64,000 bases of DNA, from contig JARVJZ010000006.1 in NCBI GenBank assembly GCA_029775855.1, positions 96,001 through 160,000 of the forward strand, read 5' to 3'. The notes beneath the pieces are model-generated. The model worked only from the letters and a program-made list of their open reading frames with translations. It was not told the origin of the DNA and did not search any database. Position 1 is the stretch's first letter; every line of letters begins with the position of its first letter. The DNA is from Nitrososphaeria archaeon (lineage in GTDB: Archaea > Thermoproteota > Nitrososphaeria > Nitrososphaerales > JAAOZN01). Made by a program: the position numbers and the translations under genes. Shown here in pieces: positions 47,834-57,577 of the stretch.

Positions 47834-50118
47834 CTGTTCAAATAAGTCGAGAGAGTCTAATAGGGAAGTCTTTAACCAGAGTTGACGCGTTAGAGAAGGT
47901 TACTGGTAGAGCAGTTTACGGAGACGACATCAAAATGACAGGCTTGCTCTACGGTAAGATTCTAAGAAGCCCAAAAGCGCATGCAAAGATCAAGAGGATT
48001 GATGTATCTAAGGCACTTGCTCTTGAAGGCGTTAAAGCTGTGGTGACTGGTAAAGACGCACCTTTCCGTGGTGGCGAAGCCTTAAGGGACCAACCTTTCC
48101 TCGCAATAGATAAGGTTAGATTTGTTGGCGAGCCTGTTGCTGCTGTTGCTGCTGTAGATGAGAGAATAGCTGAGGAGGCGATAAAGCTAATTGAAGTTGA
48201 ATACGAGGATCTGCCAGCTGTGTTTGATGTTATGGACGCGCTGAAGCCAGACGCCCCAATAATACATGAGGAGCTTCACACATATGAGCACATACCTATC
48301 GTGCAGCCAGTCCCTGGAACTAACATCTGCGCAAAATTTGAGTTTGAAAGAGGCGATTTAGAGAAGGGGTTTGCTGAAGCTGATGTAGTCATCGAAGACA
48401 CTTTCACATTTGCACCTTCACACCACGGTCAAATAGAGCCATTTATGGCTATAGCCCAAGTTGACTACAACGGTAGAATAACAGTCTGGGTTCCTAACGA
48501 TGCACCAAGCAGACTCAGAAAGGATCTCTCAGACGCTATGAAGATACCTCAAGACAGAATACGCGTTATATCACCGCCTTATATGGGCGGAGGCTTTGGC
48601 GGAAAAGGTGGGCTCAAAGTTGAAATGGTATGCATAGCCCTAGCCATGAAGACAGAATGCAGACCAGTAAAGATTAGGCTAACAAGAGAAGAAACCTTTG
48701 AAGCAACACTCACTAGGCACGGCGCAGTATGCTGGGTAAAGATGGGCGCTAAAAAAGATGGACGCATAGTGGCTTGCCACTCTAAACTCTACTACAACAC
48801 AGGAGCATACGCTGAAAAAGGACCTACAGTGACGCTCCATGGCTGCGAATCTGGAGTTGGACCGTACGACATACCTAACATCAAGGTTGAAGGATATTGT
48901 GTTTATACGAATAGACCAGTCGCAGGAGCACTAAGAGGGTATGGGCTACCTCAATCCTCTTGGGCTCATGAGTCGCTTGTTGATATGCTTGCTCATAAAC
49001 TTGGGTTAGACCCGCTGGAGATAAGGCTCAAAAACGCTCTGGTTGAAGGCTCAATCAACCCTATCAGAGGTGATGAGCTGTTTAGCGTCGGGTTAAAAGA
49101 GTGTCTTGAGAAGGCTGCGAAGGCTATTGACTGGTATAAAAAGAGACCGCCAAATAGGGGTGTAGGCATAGCCTGTGAATACAAAGCTACAAAGACACCA
49201 TCAGGTTCAACAGCCTTTGTAAGGATCGAACAAGACGGGAGCGTTGAGGTAGTAACAAGCAGCGTTGAAATAGGTCAAGGAGTCAGAACCATACTCACAC
49301 AAATAGTGGCAGAGGAGCTGGGCGCATCACCGAACATGATCAAAGTTACCGTCCCAGATACAGATTACACGCCATTCGACGCTTCAACCACAGCAAGCAG
49401 AACCACCTTCCACATGGGTAATGCGGTAAGAGAAGCTGCTAGAGATGCTAAAAAGCAGCTTCTTGAACTAGCGTCCAAACTCTACGGCATCAGCCCAGAG
49501 AGGCTAGATACTTGGGATGGCAAAGTCTTTCCGAAAGAAGGAGGGAAGGAGATGAGCTTCAGAGAAGTTATTACAAGCCACTATAGGGCAGGGTTAAGCA
49601 TACTTGGACGAGGCTCATACTACCCGAATATACCAGGCACACTCTTCTCAGCACATAGCGTATTCTACATGTATGCTGCGCACGCAGTAGAAATTGAAGT
49701 AGATCCTGAGACTGGCGTAATCACGATTTTAAAGTATGCTGCTGCGCATGATGTGGGCAGAGCTATCAACCCCAAGGCTTGTGAGGGGCAGATAGAAGGT
49801 GGTGTATTACAGGGAATAGGCTCAACGCTCTACGAGGAGATACTATTTGATGATAAAGGGGTTATGCTCAACCCTAATTTCAGAGACTATAAGATGCCTA
49901 CAAGCATGGATATGCCTAAAGTTATTCCGATAATAGTAGAGGCTCCGCATAAAGAAGGGCCGTTTGGGGCAAAAGGCATAGGCGAAATAACACTAGTCCC
50001 TGTGTCTCCAGCTATAGCTAACGCGCTCTTTAACGCCATAGGTGTTAGGATAAAGGATCTTCCACTTACAGCCGAAAAAGTTTACTTTGCTATCAAGAAG
50101 CAGAAAGGAGGGAATTAA
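47830..50118 (+). CDS. XDH-family molybdopterin large subunit
   Basis: MGGGFGGK, GALRGYG, EIGQG, EGQIEGG, AKGIGE. Confidence 0.93.
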   Translation: MTVQISRESLIGKSLTRVDALEKVTGRAVYGDDIKMTGLLYGKILRSPKAHAKIKRIDVSKALALEGVKAVVTGKDAPFRGGEALRDQPFLAIDKVRFVGEPVAAVAAVDERIAEEAIKLIEVEYEDLPAVFDVMDALKPDAPIIHEELHTYEHIPIVQPVPGTNICAKFEFERGDLEKGFAEADVVIEDTFTFAPSHHGQIEPFMAIAQVDYNGRITVWVPNDAPSRLRKDLSDAMKIPQDRIRVISPPYMGGGFGGKGGLKVEMVCIALAMKTECRPVKIRLTREETFEATLTRHGAVCWVKMGAKKDGRIVACHSKLYYNTGAYAEKGPTVTLHGCESGVGPYDIPNIKVEGYCVYTNRPVAGALRGYGLPQSSWAHESLVDMLAHKLGLDPLEIRLKNALVEGSINPIRGDELFSVGLKECLEKAAKAIDWYKKRPPNRGVGIACEYKATKTPSGSTAFVRIEQDGSVEVVTSSVEIGQGVRTILTQIVAEELGASPNMIKVTVPDTDYTPFDASTTASRTTFHMGNAVREAARDAKKQLLELASKLYGISPERLDTWDGKVFPKEGGKEMSFREVITSHYRAGLSILGRGSYYPNIPGTLFSAHSVFYMYAAHAVEIEVDPETGVITILKYAAAHDVGRAINPKACEGQIEGGVLQGIGSTLYEEILFDDKGVMLNPNFRDYKMPTSMDMPKVIPIIVEAPHKEGPFGAKGIGEITLVPVSPAIANALFNAIGVRIKDLPLTAEKVYFAIKKQKGGN

Positions 50119-51111
50119 ATGAGGTTCGGAGTAAGGCTGCCTAACTCAGGCCCCCTAGCGAGCAGAAAATCAATCGTTGAAGCAGCAAAGACAGCAGAAG
50201 CCTTAGGCTACGACTCCATTTGGGTGCACGACCATATTGTCTGGGGAACAGAGCAGCATAGAACACACCTCTCAGCAGGCTCAGCCGAAGCCTTAACTGA
50301 ACAGCAGCTACCCAACTTCTACGAATCTCTAACAACACTATCTGTCTTGGCTGGTATGACCGAGAGAGTAAAGCTCGGTGTAGCAGTCATCATACTCCCA
50401 CTTAGAAACCCAGTGGTCTTAGCCAAGCAAACCTCAGTCTTAGATGTGTTGTCAGAGGGCAGGTTCTTGATGGGAGTAGCCCCTGGAGCCCCTAAGATAA
50501 CTGAAAAAGAGTTCGAGGCTGTTAATGTACCATACCACGAGAGAGGTAAGATAACTGATGATTACATTAAAGCCATCAAAGCTATCTGGACTATGCCCCT
50601 AGCAACATACAGCGGCAAATATGTCTCATTTAAAGAACTACAGATCTTTCCTAAACCCCTTCAGAAGCCACATCCACCCATACTAATAGGTGGAGGAGAG
50701 AGGGGGCTAAGCGAAAAAGCATTCAAAAGAGCCTCTGAACTTGGCGAAGGCTGGATACCAGCCTACTTAACTGAAGAAGAGTTGACGGAAGGTGTCAAGC
50801 GGCTTAGAGAGATGACCGCAGCAGCGGGCAGAACAGTTAAGATGATAGTTGGGTTAGAGATGTTCACAAGCATAGATAGCGTAGAAGAGAAGGCTCTAAA
50901 CGCAGCCAAACAAACATTGACCACAAACTTCTCCTCACTCGAAGAAGGGTTAAGGAGAAGCTTTGTCGGCACACCAACCCAAATATCTAAGCGGCTGGAG
51001 GGTTATAGAGCAGCAGACTACTTTGAGTTAAAGTTCATCTATCCAAGCGTAGAGCGGTTTAAAGAGATGCTGAAGCTCTTCGCTGAGACAATCTTAAAAT
51101 CGTTCAACTAA
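50119..51111 (+). CDS. LLM-class flavin/F420-dependent oxidoreductase (Rv2161c-like)
   Basis: GYDSIWVHDH, LPLRNPVVLAK, PKPLQKPHPPILIGG. Confidence 0.87.
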   Translation: MRFGVRLPNSGPLASRKSIVEAAKTAEALGYDSIWVHDHIVWGTEQHRTHLSAGSAEALTEQQLPNFYESLTTLSVLAGMTERVKLGVAVIILPLRNPVVLAKQTSVLDVLSEGRFLMGVAPGAPKITEKEFEAVNVPYHERGKITDDYIKAIKAIWTMPLATYSGKYVSFKELQIFPKPLQKPHPPILIGGGERGLSEKAFKRASELGEGWIPAYLTEEELTEGVKRLREMTAAAGRTVKMIVGLEMFTSIDSVEEKALNAAKQTLTTNFSSLEEGLRRSFVGTPTQISKRLEGYRAADYFELKFIYPSVERFKEMLKLFAETILKSFN

Positions 51112-51134
51112 AAAAATTTGGGGGAAGCCTTAGC

Positions 51135-52148
51135 CTAGTAGGGTATCACTACCTTACCATCTTTTATTATTAGTCTACCATCGACTTCAATAGTAGGATC
51201 TCTTATCGTCGCGTCAATATGTGACTTGCTGACATTCTTGCCTCCTGGATAAGCGCTGTGGTTATCTCCTAATGCTAGGTGGATAGTGCCGAGCATACCC
51301 TTCTCTGACAAAGTGCCATATTTTTCAAGGTGCCCCGTTCCTATAGAGAACTCCGCAACAACATTTGCGTTTGCGTCAGAACCTTCGATGACCCTCTTCA
51401 GGTGTGCTGCTTCAGCGCCTCCTTTGAAATCGATTGCACGCCCATCCTTTACATACACTTGGATAGGCTCTTTCAACCCAAAGGGTGCGACGATATTCAT
51501 TACACCGTCTGCAACATACACACCGTTCGCTGAGTCCTCAACGGCTGCGAAGGCGATCTCGCCCCAGAGGGGCATAGGACCCATCATCACACCTTTTTCT
51601 CTTATTGGTGTGACTAGAAGAGGAGGTCTCCCTTTTATGGAAAGAGTCAGATTAGTCCCTTTTGCAGCGGTGATCTTAATCTTGTCTGCACCTTCAAACG
51701 CTTTAACTAAGGCTTCAGTCCTCCTCTGCACTTGCAATATGTCATCTACTGTGAGACCCCAGGTGCCCAAACCTTCCTCTACCGAAGCAATCTTAGCTTG
51801 ATTATCCACCGCAGTCCTAACAGCCTTAGTGTGAGCAAACCTATGCGCAAAATCTATGTTAGTCTTGATTATCACAACATCTGAAGATGTTACCGCACCA
51901 AAGACATTCTTAGGAGGCTCGGGAATACCCGGCGCTAAAAGACCTCTAGCAACTTGAGAAGATATATCGAGCACTATAACATCGCCACCAGCAGCGTTAG
52001 CAGCCGCGGCTAAGGCTTCTGCTTCAAGCCTATGCTCTGCATCCATAAGCACCGTGACTACTTCCCCCGGTTGAACACGGTATCCTTGTGTGATGCAGAC
52101 CGTCGCTTCTTTGAGTGCTGTGATGAATGAGGTCATATGCATCAACAT
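51135..52148 (-). CDS. Peptidase M29/AmpT-like metallohydrolase (COG2309; same fold as NicX)
   Basis: P.GEI, AEFSIG, GTIHLALGDN...GG...SHID....PT. Confidence 0.8.
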   Translation of the reverse strand: MLMHMTSFITALKEATVCITQGYRVQPGEVVTVLMDAEHRLEAEALAAAANAAGGDVIVLDISSQVARGLLAPGIPEPPKNVFGAVTSSDVVIIKTNIDFAHRFAHTKAVRTAVDNQAKIASVEEGLGTWGLTVDDILQVQRRTEALVKAFEGADKIKITAAKGTNLTLSIKGRPPLLVTPIREKGVMMGPMPLWGEIAFAAVEDSANGVYVADGVMNIVAPFGLKEPIQVYVKDGRAIDFKGGAEAAHLKRVIEGSDANANVVAEFSIGTGHLEKYGTLSEKGMLGTIHLALGDNHSAYPGGKNVSKSHIDATIRDPTIEVDGRLIIKDGKVVIPY

Positions 52149-52182
52149 AAGTTAGAGTTTAGGTTTTATTTAAATCAGTCCA

Positions 52183-52548
52183 CTAATCTTGCGCTACTGT
52201 AGGTGGATACTCAGGGTAAGAAAAGACGTAAACCATAGTGACATCGTCTTCGCCGTCGTTGACTACTGCGTGTGCTATGTTTGGTGGTATATATAGCGCG
52301 TCTCCTGCTTCAAAGTAGACGTAGCCGTTATCAAGCTCTAGCTTACCTTTTCCTGATATGACGAAGCAGAGTTCCTCTTCGCTATGTGTAAGCTTTTTTG
52401 TCTTGGTTTTCGGTTTGAAAGTTGAGTAGCCAAGCATACATTTTTTTGAACCGGCTAATTTTGAGGTTATGAGTTCTTGGACCCAGCTACCTCCCGCTAA
52501 TTCTGTGCGTCTACCTGAGCCTAGTTTTACCACTTTTATGCTGCTCAA
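52183..52548 (-). CDS. Cupin domain protein
   Basis: HSEEELCFVISGKG, GDALYIPPNIAHAVVN. Confidence 0.88.
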   Translation of the reverse strand: MSSIKVVKLGSGRRTELAGGSWVQELITSKLAGSKKCMLGYSTFKPKTKTKKLTHSEEELCFVISGKGKLELDNGYVYFEAGDALYIPPNIAHAVVNDGEDDVTMVYVFSYPEYPPTVAQD

Positions 52549-52570
52549 CTAACTGTTGCCTCTACGGCGA

Positions 52571-53011
52571 CTATTTTTTCTCCGTTGTAACCTCTTTTGT
52601 CCAGTAGAAGGGTTTGCCTTCTCTTACTTTTTGCTCTTCGTCTTCCGCTGCAAGCACCGCATCCATCCCACTGTCTACCCAAGTGGACCAACCAGCAAGC
52701 CAAGTGCAGAGTTCAACAGCTTCTTCAACTTCCTTCGCTGTTGCGCCGAGCCTTACTGCTCTTCTGGCGTGGCTCTTTCCACCTTCACCGCGTCCAAGAG
52801 CGACTTCAACAGCGACGATAATTAACTCCTTGATCTTTTCTGGTAAAGCGCCTTCAGGAGCACCTTTAGGTTTGAGTGTTGCTTTTCTCATTGTGACGAA
52901 GCCTCTGAGCAACTCAGGATTATATCGGTCCATAGCTTCGAAGACTGGATGTATTCTACCGAACTTCTCCATCAAATACTCTTTAATATCCTCATCCATT
53001 ATTATCAACAC
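52571..53011 (-). CDS. Carboxymuconolactone decarboxylase (CMD)-family protein without CxxC
   Basis: GALPEKIKELI.VA, HARRAVRLGAT.KEV.EA. Confidence 0.85.
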   Translation of the reverse strand: MLIIMDEDIKEYLMEKFGRIHPVFEAMDRYNPELLRGFVTMRKATLKPKGAPEGALPEKIKELIIVAVEVALGRGEGGKSHARRAVRLGATAKEVEEAVELCTWLAGWSTWVDSGMDAVLAAEDEEQKVREGKPFYWTKEVTTEKK

Positions 53012-53128
53012 TTTGTCTTTTTCTCTAAGATTTAAGTTTAAAAGGGCTTATAGAGCGGCATCACAACAGTAATTACCTAACTCGCAAAAACCTTAATTTG
53101 AATGTTTACCAGCATCAAATGATCAAAG

Positions 53129-54250
53129 TTGGCAGGATGGCTTGCACGGAGAAATGTTAGGTTGCTTATGACTCCTGGTCCAGTGGAGGTTTCCCCTAGG
53201 GTGTTAGCGGCTTTATCTTCTCCTCAGATATATCACTACTACCCTGGCTTCATAGATTTCTTTGAGGATACTGTTGAGAAGGTTAAGCGGGTCTTTCAGA
53301 CGAAGCAGGATGTTATCTTGATGCAAGGTGAAGGAGTACTTGGCTTAGAGGCTGCTGTGGCTAATATCATTGATCCAGGTGATAAGGTCTTGGTCTGCGA
53401 CTCAGGGCCGTTTGGCAAGTGGTTTAGGGTCTATGTTGAGAATTATGGCGGTGTGGCTGTTGAGGCTTCGGTTGATCCTCGTGAAGTTATGGATGTTGAG
53501 TTGGTTAAGAGAGTGATGGATGATCATAAAGATCTAAAGGCTCTGACTATAGTTCACTGTGAGACACCTTGCGGCACCCTAAATCCAGTTGGAGAGATCT
53601 GTAGAGAGGCTAAGAAGCGCGGATTAATAACGATTGTGGATGCAGTAGCATCCCTAGGTGGAGTGGAGGTTAAGCCGGATGATTGGGGTATTGATGTTTG
53701 CATCTCAGCCTCTCAGAAATGCATCTCATCAACAGCAGGATTAACATTAATGACAGTTAGTCAAAATGCTTGGCAAGCTATGGAAGCTAAGAAGAAGCCG
53801 CTAAGAAACTCTTACCTCAGCATCTTAGATTACCGAGAGACTTGGCTTAAGCAGAAACGCTTCCCCTTCACGCCGCTTGTAGCAGAAGTCTATGCGTTAA
53901 ACGAGGCTGTATCCGAGCTGCTGGAGGAAGGGCTTGAGCAGTCATTTAAGAGGCATCGCGAGGCTGCTGAGCTATGTAGAAGGTACAGTAGGGAGATTGG
54001 GCTGACTCTATGGCCTAAGAAGGATGAGTATGCATCAAACACGGTTACCGCTGTAGAGGTTCCAACTCAATACTCTGACAAGACGATAGTTGAGCATATG
54101 GCTGAGAAATATGGTGTGCTGATAGGCGGAGGATACGGTGAAACAAAAGGTAGAGTGCTAAGGGTAGGACATATGGGATACCAAGCTACCACAGCGAACA
54201 TAATCACAACTATGGAAGCGCTCCGGTTAACACTCAGAGACCTTAGCTAG
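53129..54250 (+). CDS. Class V aminotransferase, pyridoxamine-pyruvate aminotransferase-like
   Basis: MTPGP, GEGVLGLEAA, HCETP.G, DAVAS.GG, SQKC, SILD, FPFTP, G.GETKG...RVGHMG. Confidence 0.8.
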   Translation: MAGWLARRNVRLLMTPGPVEVSPRVLAALSSPQIYHYYPGFIDFFEDTVEKVKRVFQTKQDVILMQGEGVLGLEAAVANIIDPGDKVLVCDSGPFGKWFRVYVENYGGVAVEASVDPREVMDVELVKRVMDDHKDLKALTIVHCETPCGTLNPVGEICREAKKRGLITIVDAVASLGGVEVKPDDWGIDVCISASQKCISSTAGLTLMTVSQNAWQAMEAKKKPLRNSYLSILDYRETWLKQKRFPFTPLVAEVYALNEAVSELLEEGLEQSFKRHREAAELCRRYSREIGLTLWPKKDEYASNTVTAVEVPTQYSDKTIVEHMAEKYGVLIGGGYGETKGRVLRVGHMGYQATTANIITTMEALRLTLRDLS

Positions 54251-54252
54251 AT

Positions 54253-54993
54253 TTATTCTAGCGCAAAGAGCTGAAGCGCGTTTCTCCCCAGCACAAGCTC
54301 TAATTCTTTTTCAGATAAATCTGCCACCATAACCTTCGTGAGTTCTACAGCATAGTGGTGGAAGGGCACATCAGAACCCCAGAGGACTCGTTCAGCACCC
54401 AACATCTTCACTGCTTCAAGAATCTTAGTATGCATAGGCATCCCTGATGGTTCAAGGTAGATGTTCTTTCTTCTAGAAGCGACTTCTAAACTGCCGTTTA
54501 TGTACACTATGTGACCGTGTCCCATATGCCCCAACACTATAGGCACATTGTTGAATTTTTCAGCCAAGGGTTCATAGCTCCAAGGCAGTGTGAAGGGGGG
54601 ATGCCCACAGTGGGCAAGAACCCTCCAACCAGCATCCTTAACTAAACACATAACTTCATTCAACACTTCTGGCGTAGGTAGGTAGCCGTCAAGTAGAGGG
54701 TGAAGCTTCACGCCAACAAACTTGGGGTCATTTAGATGCTTTTCAAGAAACTTTATGGTTTTAGAATCCTTCGGGTTCGCCCAGACCATTCCATACAGCT
54801 CTTTATGCGCTTTAACAGCCTTTTCAACACTCTCATTGTCGGATGTAAAGATGATTGCTCTTTTGATGTTATATTTGTTAAGAGATTTAATTATCTCATC
54901 TGCGCTCAGCTTAACGTTGAAAATTGGGTAGATGCCTATGTGAGCATGGGCATCAACTATGCTGAACCTTTTACCTAAATCTTTAATCTCCAA
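54253..54993 (-). CDS. Amidohydrolase_2 family metalloenzyme
   Basis: DAHAH, GVKLHP, HCG, GHMG, LWGSD.PF. Confidence 0.88.
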   Translation of the reverse strand: MEIKDLGKRFSIVDAHAHIGIYPIFNVKLSADEIIKSLNKYNIKRAIIFTSDNESVEKAVKAHKELYGMVWANPKDSKTIKFLEKHLNDPKFVGVKLHPLLDGYLPTPEVLNEVMCLVKDAGWRVLAHCGHPPFTLPWSYEPLAEKFNNVPIVLGHMGHGHIVYINGSLEVASRRKNIYLEPSGMPMHTKILEAVKMLGAERVLWGSDVPFHHYAVELTKVMVADLSEKELELVLGRNALQLFALE

Positions 54994-55191
54994 GCGATGT
55001 TATATTGTGATAGGTTTTAATTATTCTTTTAGAGGCAGGGTATAAAACAATTGAAGCAATTTAATATATAGGAGCTGACGATTTATTGTTACTTCTACAT
55101 AACACGGTACTTATAAATGCAGATTTATTTAGAGCAAACTTTTGAGCATAAAGTTTAAAGTCATATACTACCAACCAGATAGCTACCGAAT

Positions 55192-56403
55192 ATGCCATCT
55201 AAAGAACTTCGTAAGAAGGAAATAGGCGTGTCTACAGCTGTCGCGGTTGGCGCAATAATAATCATCGCAATTATAGCTGGTGTTGCAGGCTACTTTGGTG
55301 GTGCTGGGCAAGTAGTAACAACAACCGTAACTGAGCGTCAAACAACAACAGCAACAGTAACACAGACAGCAGCAGCCCAAACCATAACACAAACAGTAAC
55401 ACAAACGGTAGCTGGGGAAGGAGTATTAGGCAGAAAGTTGAAGGTAGCGGTAATAGTGCCTGGCAGAGCGAACGACTACGGTTGGAACCAGGAGGGTGTA
55501 GAGGGATTAAGGAAAGTTGCATCAAAGTTTGGTGCAGAATTCTCATTTAGTGAGGGACTAGGTTACGGTGAACCACCACTTCGGGCTATGGAAGATTACA
55601 TTAGAAAGGGATATGATCTGGTAATAGGCCACGCTGGCGGCTATAGAGAGTTCGTCCTAGAGGCAGCTAGAACTGGTAAAATAGGCACAAGTAAGGTTCT
55701 GATCGTAAGCGAGGCTAAAGAGGGTGAGGAGGAGAAGGATGTAGTTCCAGGCAAGGTTGGAACCTACTCATTCGTAGTCTGGGCCGCTTCATACCCAGCG
55801 GGCTACCTCGCTGGTCTAATGACTAAATCTAACGTTGTAGGTATAGTTCAATCTGTTGAGACGGATATCAACTGGATCAGGCAGAGCGCAGCATTTGCAC
55901 AAGGACTTAAAGCAGCTAATCCTAAAGCTAAGCTACTCTTTACAGTTGTAGGCTCATATGAAGACCCGGCGAAAGGGAAAGAGTTTACCGCTGCGCAGAT
56001 CGGGCTTGGTGCTGATGTGATCTTTGGGCAAGGTGATGGCACATCTTTCGGCATAATGGATGCCTGCAGGGATGCTGGAGTTTGGTTTATCGATGTGATA
56101 GGTGATAAGAGGGCTATAGATGAGAAAGGCATACTATTAACTTCTGTACTCTGGGACTTCTCGAAGGCATATGAGCAAGCTCTGATAGACATTTATAATG
56201 GTGAATTCGGTAAACATAACTATTATATGTCGCATGCGAACCAAGCAATCTACTTACTCACCCTAAACCCGAAGGTACCAGCTGATATAGCTACAAAGGT
56301 AAGTGAAGTTAGCAGGAAGATTCAAGCTGGAGAGATCAAAGTGAAGATTCCAGATAACATCGAGGATCTACACGCCATATTCAGGGAACTCGGCTACGAG
56401 TAG
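55192..56403 (+). CDS. BMP/PnrA-family ABC substrate-binding protein, N-terminal membrane anchor
   Basis: ND.GWNQ.G..GL, GYDLVIGH, AG.MTKSN.VG, GADVIF; hydrophobic N-terminus plus Thr-rich linker. Confidence 0.9.
   Translation: MPSKELRKKEIGVSTAVAVGAIIIIAIIAGVAGYFGGAGQVVTTTVTERQTTTATVTQTAAAQTITQTVTQTVAGEGVLGRKLKVAVIVPGRANDYGWNQEGVEGLRKVASKFGAEFSFSEGLGYGEPPLRAMEDYIRKGYDLVIGHAGGYREFVLEAARTGKIGTSKVLIVSEAKEGEEEKDVVPGKVGTYSFVVWAASYPAGYLAGLMTKSNVVGIVQSVETDINWIRQSAAFAQGLKAANPKAKLLFTVVGSYEDPAKGKEFTAAQIGLGADVIFGQGDGTSFGIMDACRDAGVWFIDVIGDKRAIDEKGILLTSVLWDFSKAYEQALIDIYNGEFGKHNYYMSHANQAIYLLTLNPKVPADIATKVSEVSRKIQAGEIKVKIPDNIEDLHAIFRELGYE
55312..55410 (+). repeat. Low-complexity Thr/Val/Gln linker (TVTQT repeats)
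   Basis: Repeated ACAGTAACACA/ATAACACAAAC units encoding VTTTVTERQTTTATVTQT...TITQTVTQTV. Confidence 0.75.
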
Positions 56404-56452
56404 CCGAGCCCATATTTTTCTTTTTCAAGTGTTGATTAGGTGTTTGAGTAAT

Positions 56453-57577
56453 ATGGTTAAAGTTTATAATGAAGATAAAAAAGATTTAAGCAGATTGAGT
56501 AAGGAAGGTTTAGCCATAGAGGCGAAGGTAAGCCCTATTAGTGTATTGGTATCTTCAATTAAGCCTGCTCTTTCAACGATTATAGGTATAGTAGGTGGTA
56601 TGGCCGCTGGCTCCATAGTGCTTTGGTTAACAGGTTTTGATCCGGGATATGTTTACTATACGATCTTTGCGCAAGCTTGGGGCACGTCCTTCGGTGTAGG
56701 TAAGATGTCTATTACGATGATGCCTCTTCTGATAATAGGTGTTGGGCTGCTCTTTTGCTTTAAAGCTGGAACTTGGAATATAGGTGCACAAGGGCAGATG
56801 ATCTTAGGCGCACTTTTCGCTAATGTGGCTGGGTATGCTTTTGGGCCTCTGCCGGCGCCTATTCTTATACCTATTGTGCTTATCGCAAGCATAGTTGGTG
56901 GTTTACTCTGGATTCTTCCAGCTGCTGTTATGAAGGCTAAGTGGGGGATAAATGAAGTCGTTACTACTATGCTTTTCAACTTCTTAGGGATATTTTTGCT
57001 GATGTATCTTGTTAAGAGCCCACTTAGATATCCAAAGGAATATCATCCAATCACACAGCCAATCTACCCTTCAGCGCAGCTCCCTATGCTCCCTGGTGTT
57101 CCTATTCACAGTGGTCTAATTATCGGGTTAGCGCTTGCCATCTTCACATATATCTTCTTTACAAAGACAACATTAGGCTTTCAATTCAGAATAATAGGGA
57201 GCAACTTGAAAGCTGCCAGATACGCTGGGCTACGCATACCTTGGCTAATCTTTTACTCCTTAATCATTAGCGGTGCAATATGTGGGTTAGCTGGTGGGGT
57301 TCAGCTCTCCGGTACTATGCGCTTTCTCGACCCAGACTGGGTCCCTTGGTACGGTTTTCAAGCGGTACCTCTAGTCTTCTTAGCTAGGTTAAACGCGATA
57401 GCACTAATACCCTTCTCATTCTTCTTCGCGTCCTTACTCATAGGAGGTGATCTAATGCACAGGATAGTTGGTCTACCAGTATTCTTTGTGGATGTAATCT
57501 TCGGCTTGATGCTCATACTGTTCGCTGCTTCTGAATCTATCAAATACGTCAGGCTAAAGAAGCGGGGTGCAAAGTGA
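56453..57577 (+). CDS. ABC transporter permease (nucleoside/CUT2 type)
   Basis: WNIGAQGQ, INEVVTTM.FN, G.N.KAARYAG, SGA.CGLAG. Confidence 0.9.
   Translation: MVKVYNEDKKDLSRLSKEGLAIEAKVSPISVLVSSIKPALSTIIGIVGGMAAGSIVLWLTGFDPGYVYYTIFAQAWGTSFGVGKMSITMMPLLIIGVGLLFCFKAGTWNIGAQGQMILGALFANVAGYAFGPLPAPILIPIVLIASIVGGLLWILPAAVMKAKWGINEVVTTMLFNFLGIFLLMYLVKSPLRYPKEYHPITQPIYPSAQLPMLPGVPIHSGLIIGLALAIFTYIFFTKTTLGFQFRIIGSNLKAARYAGLRIPWLIFYSLIISGAICGLAGGVQLSGTMRFLDPDWVPWYGFQAVPLVFLARLNAIALIPFSFFFASLLIGGDLMHRIVGLPVFFVDVIFGLMLILFAASESIKYVRLKKRGAK

Noticed and set aside
46431-50118. Aerobic CO dehydrogenase coxMSL
   Set aside because: Active-site loop is ALRGYG, not AYxCSFR (form I) or AYRGAGR (form II)
52571-53011. 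AhpD peroxidase
   Set aside because: No CxxC motif
55312-55410. Possible CRISPR or DNA tandem repeat
   Set aside because: In-frame Thr-rich linker with no repeat-spacer structure
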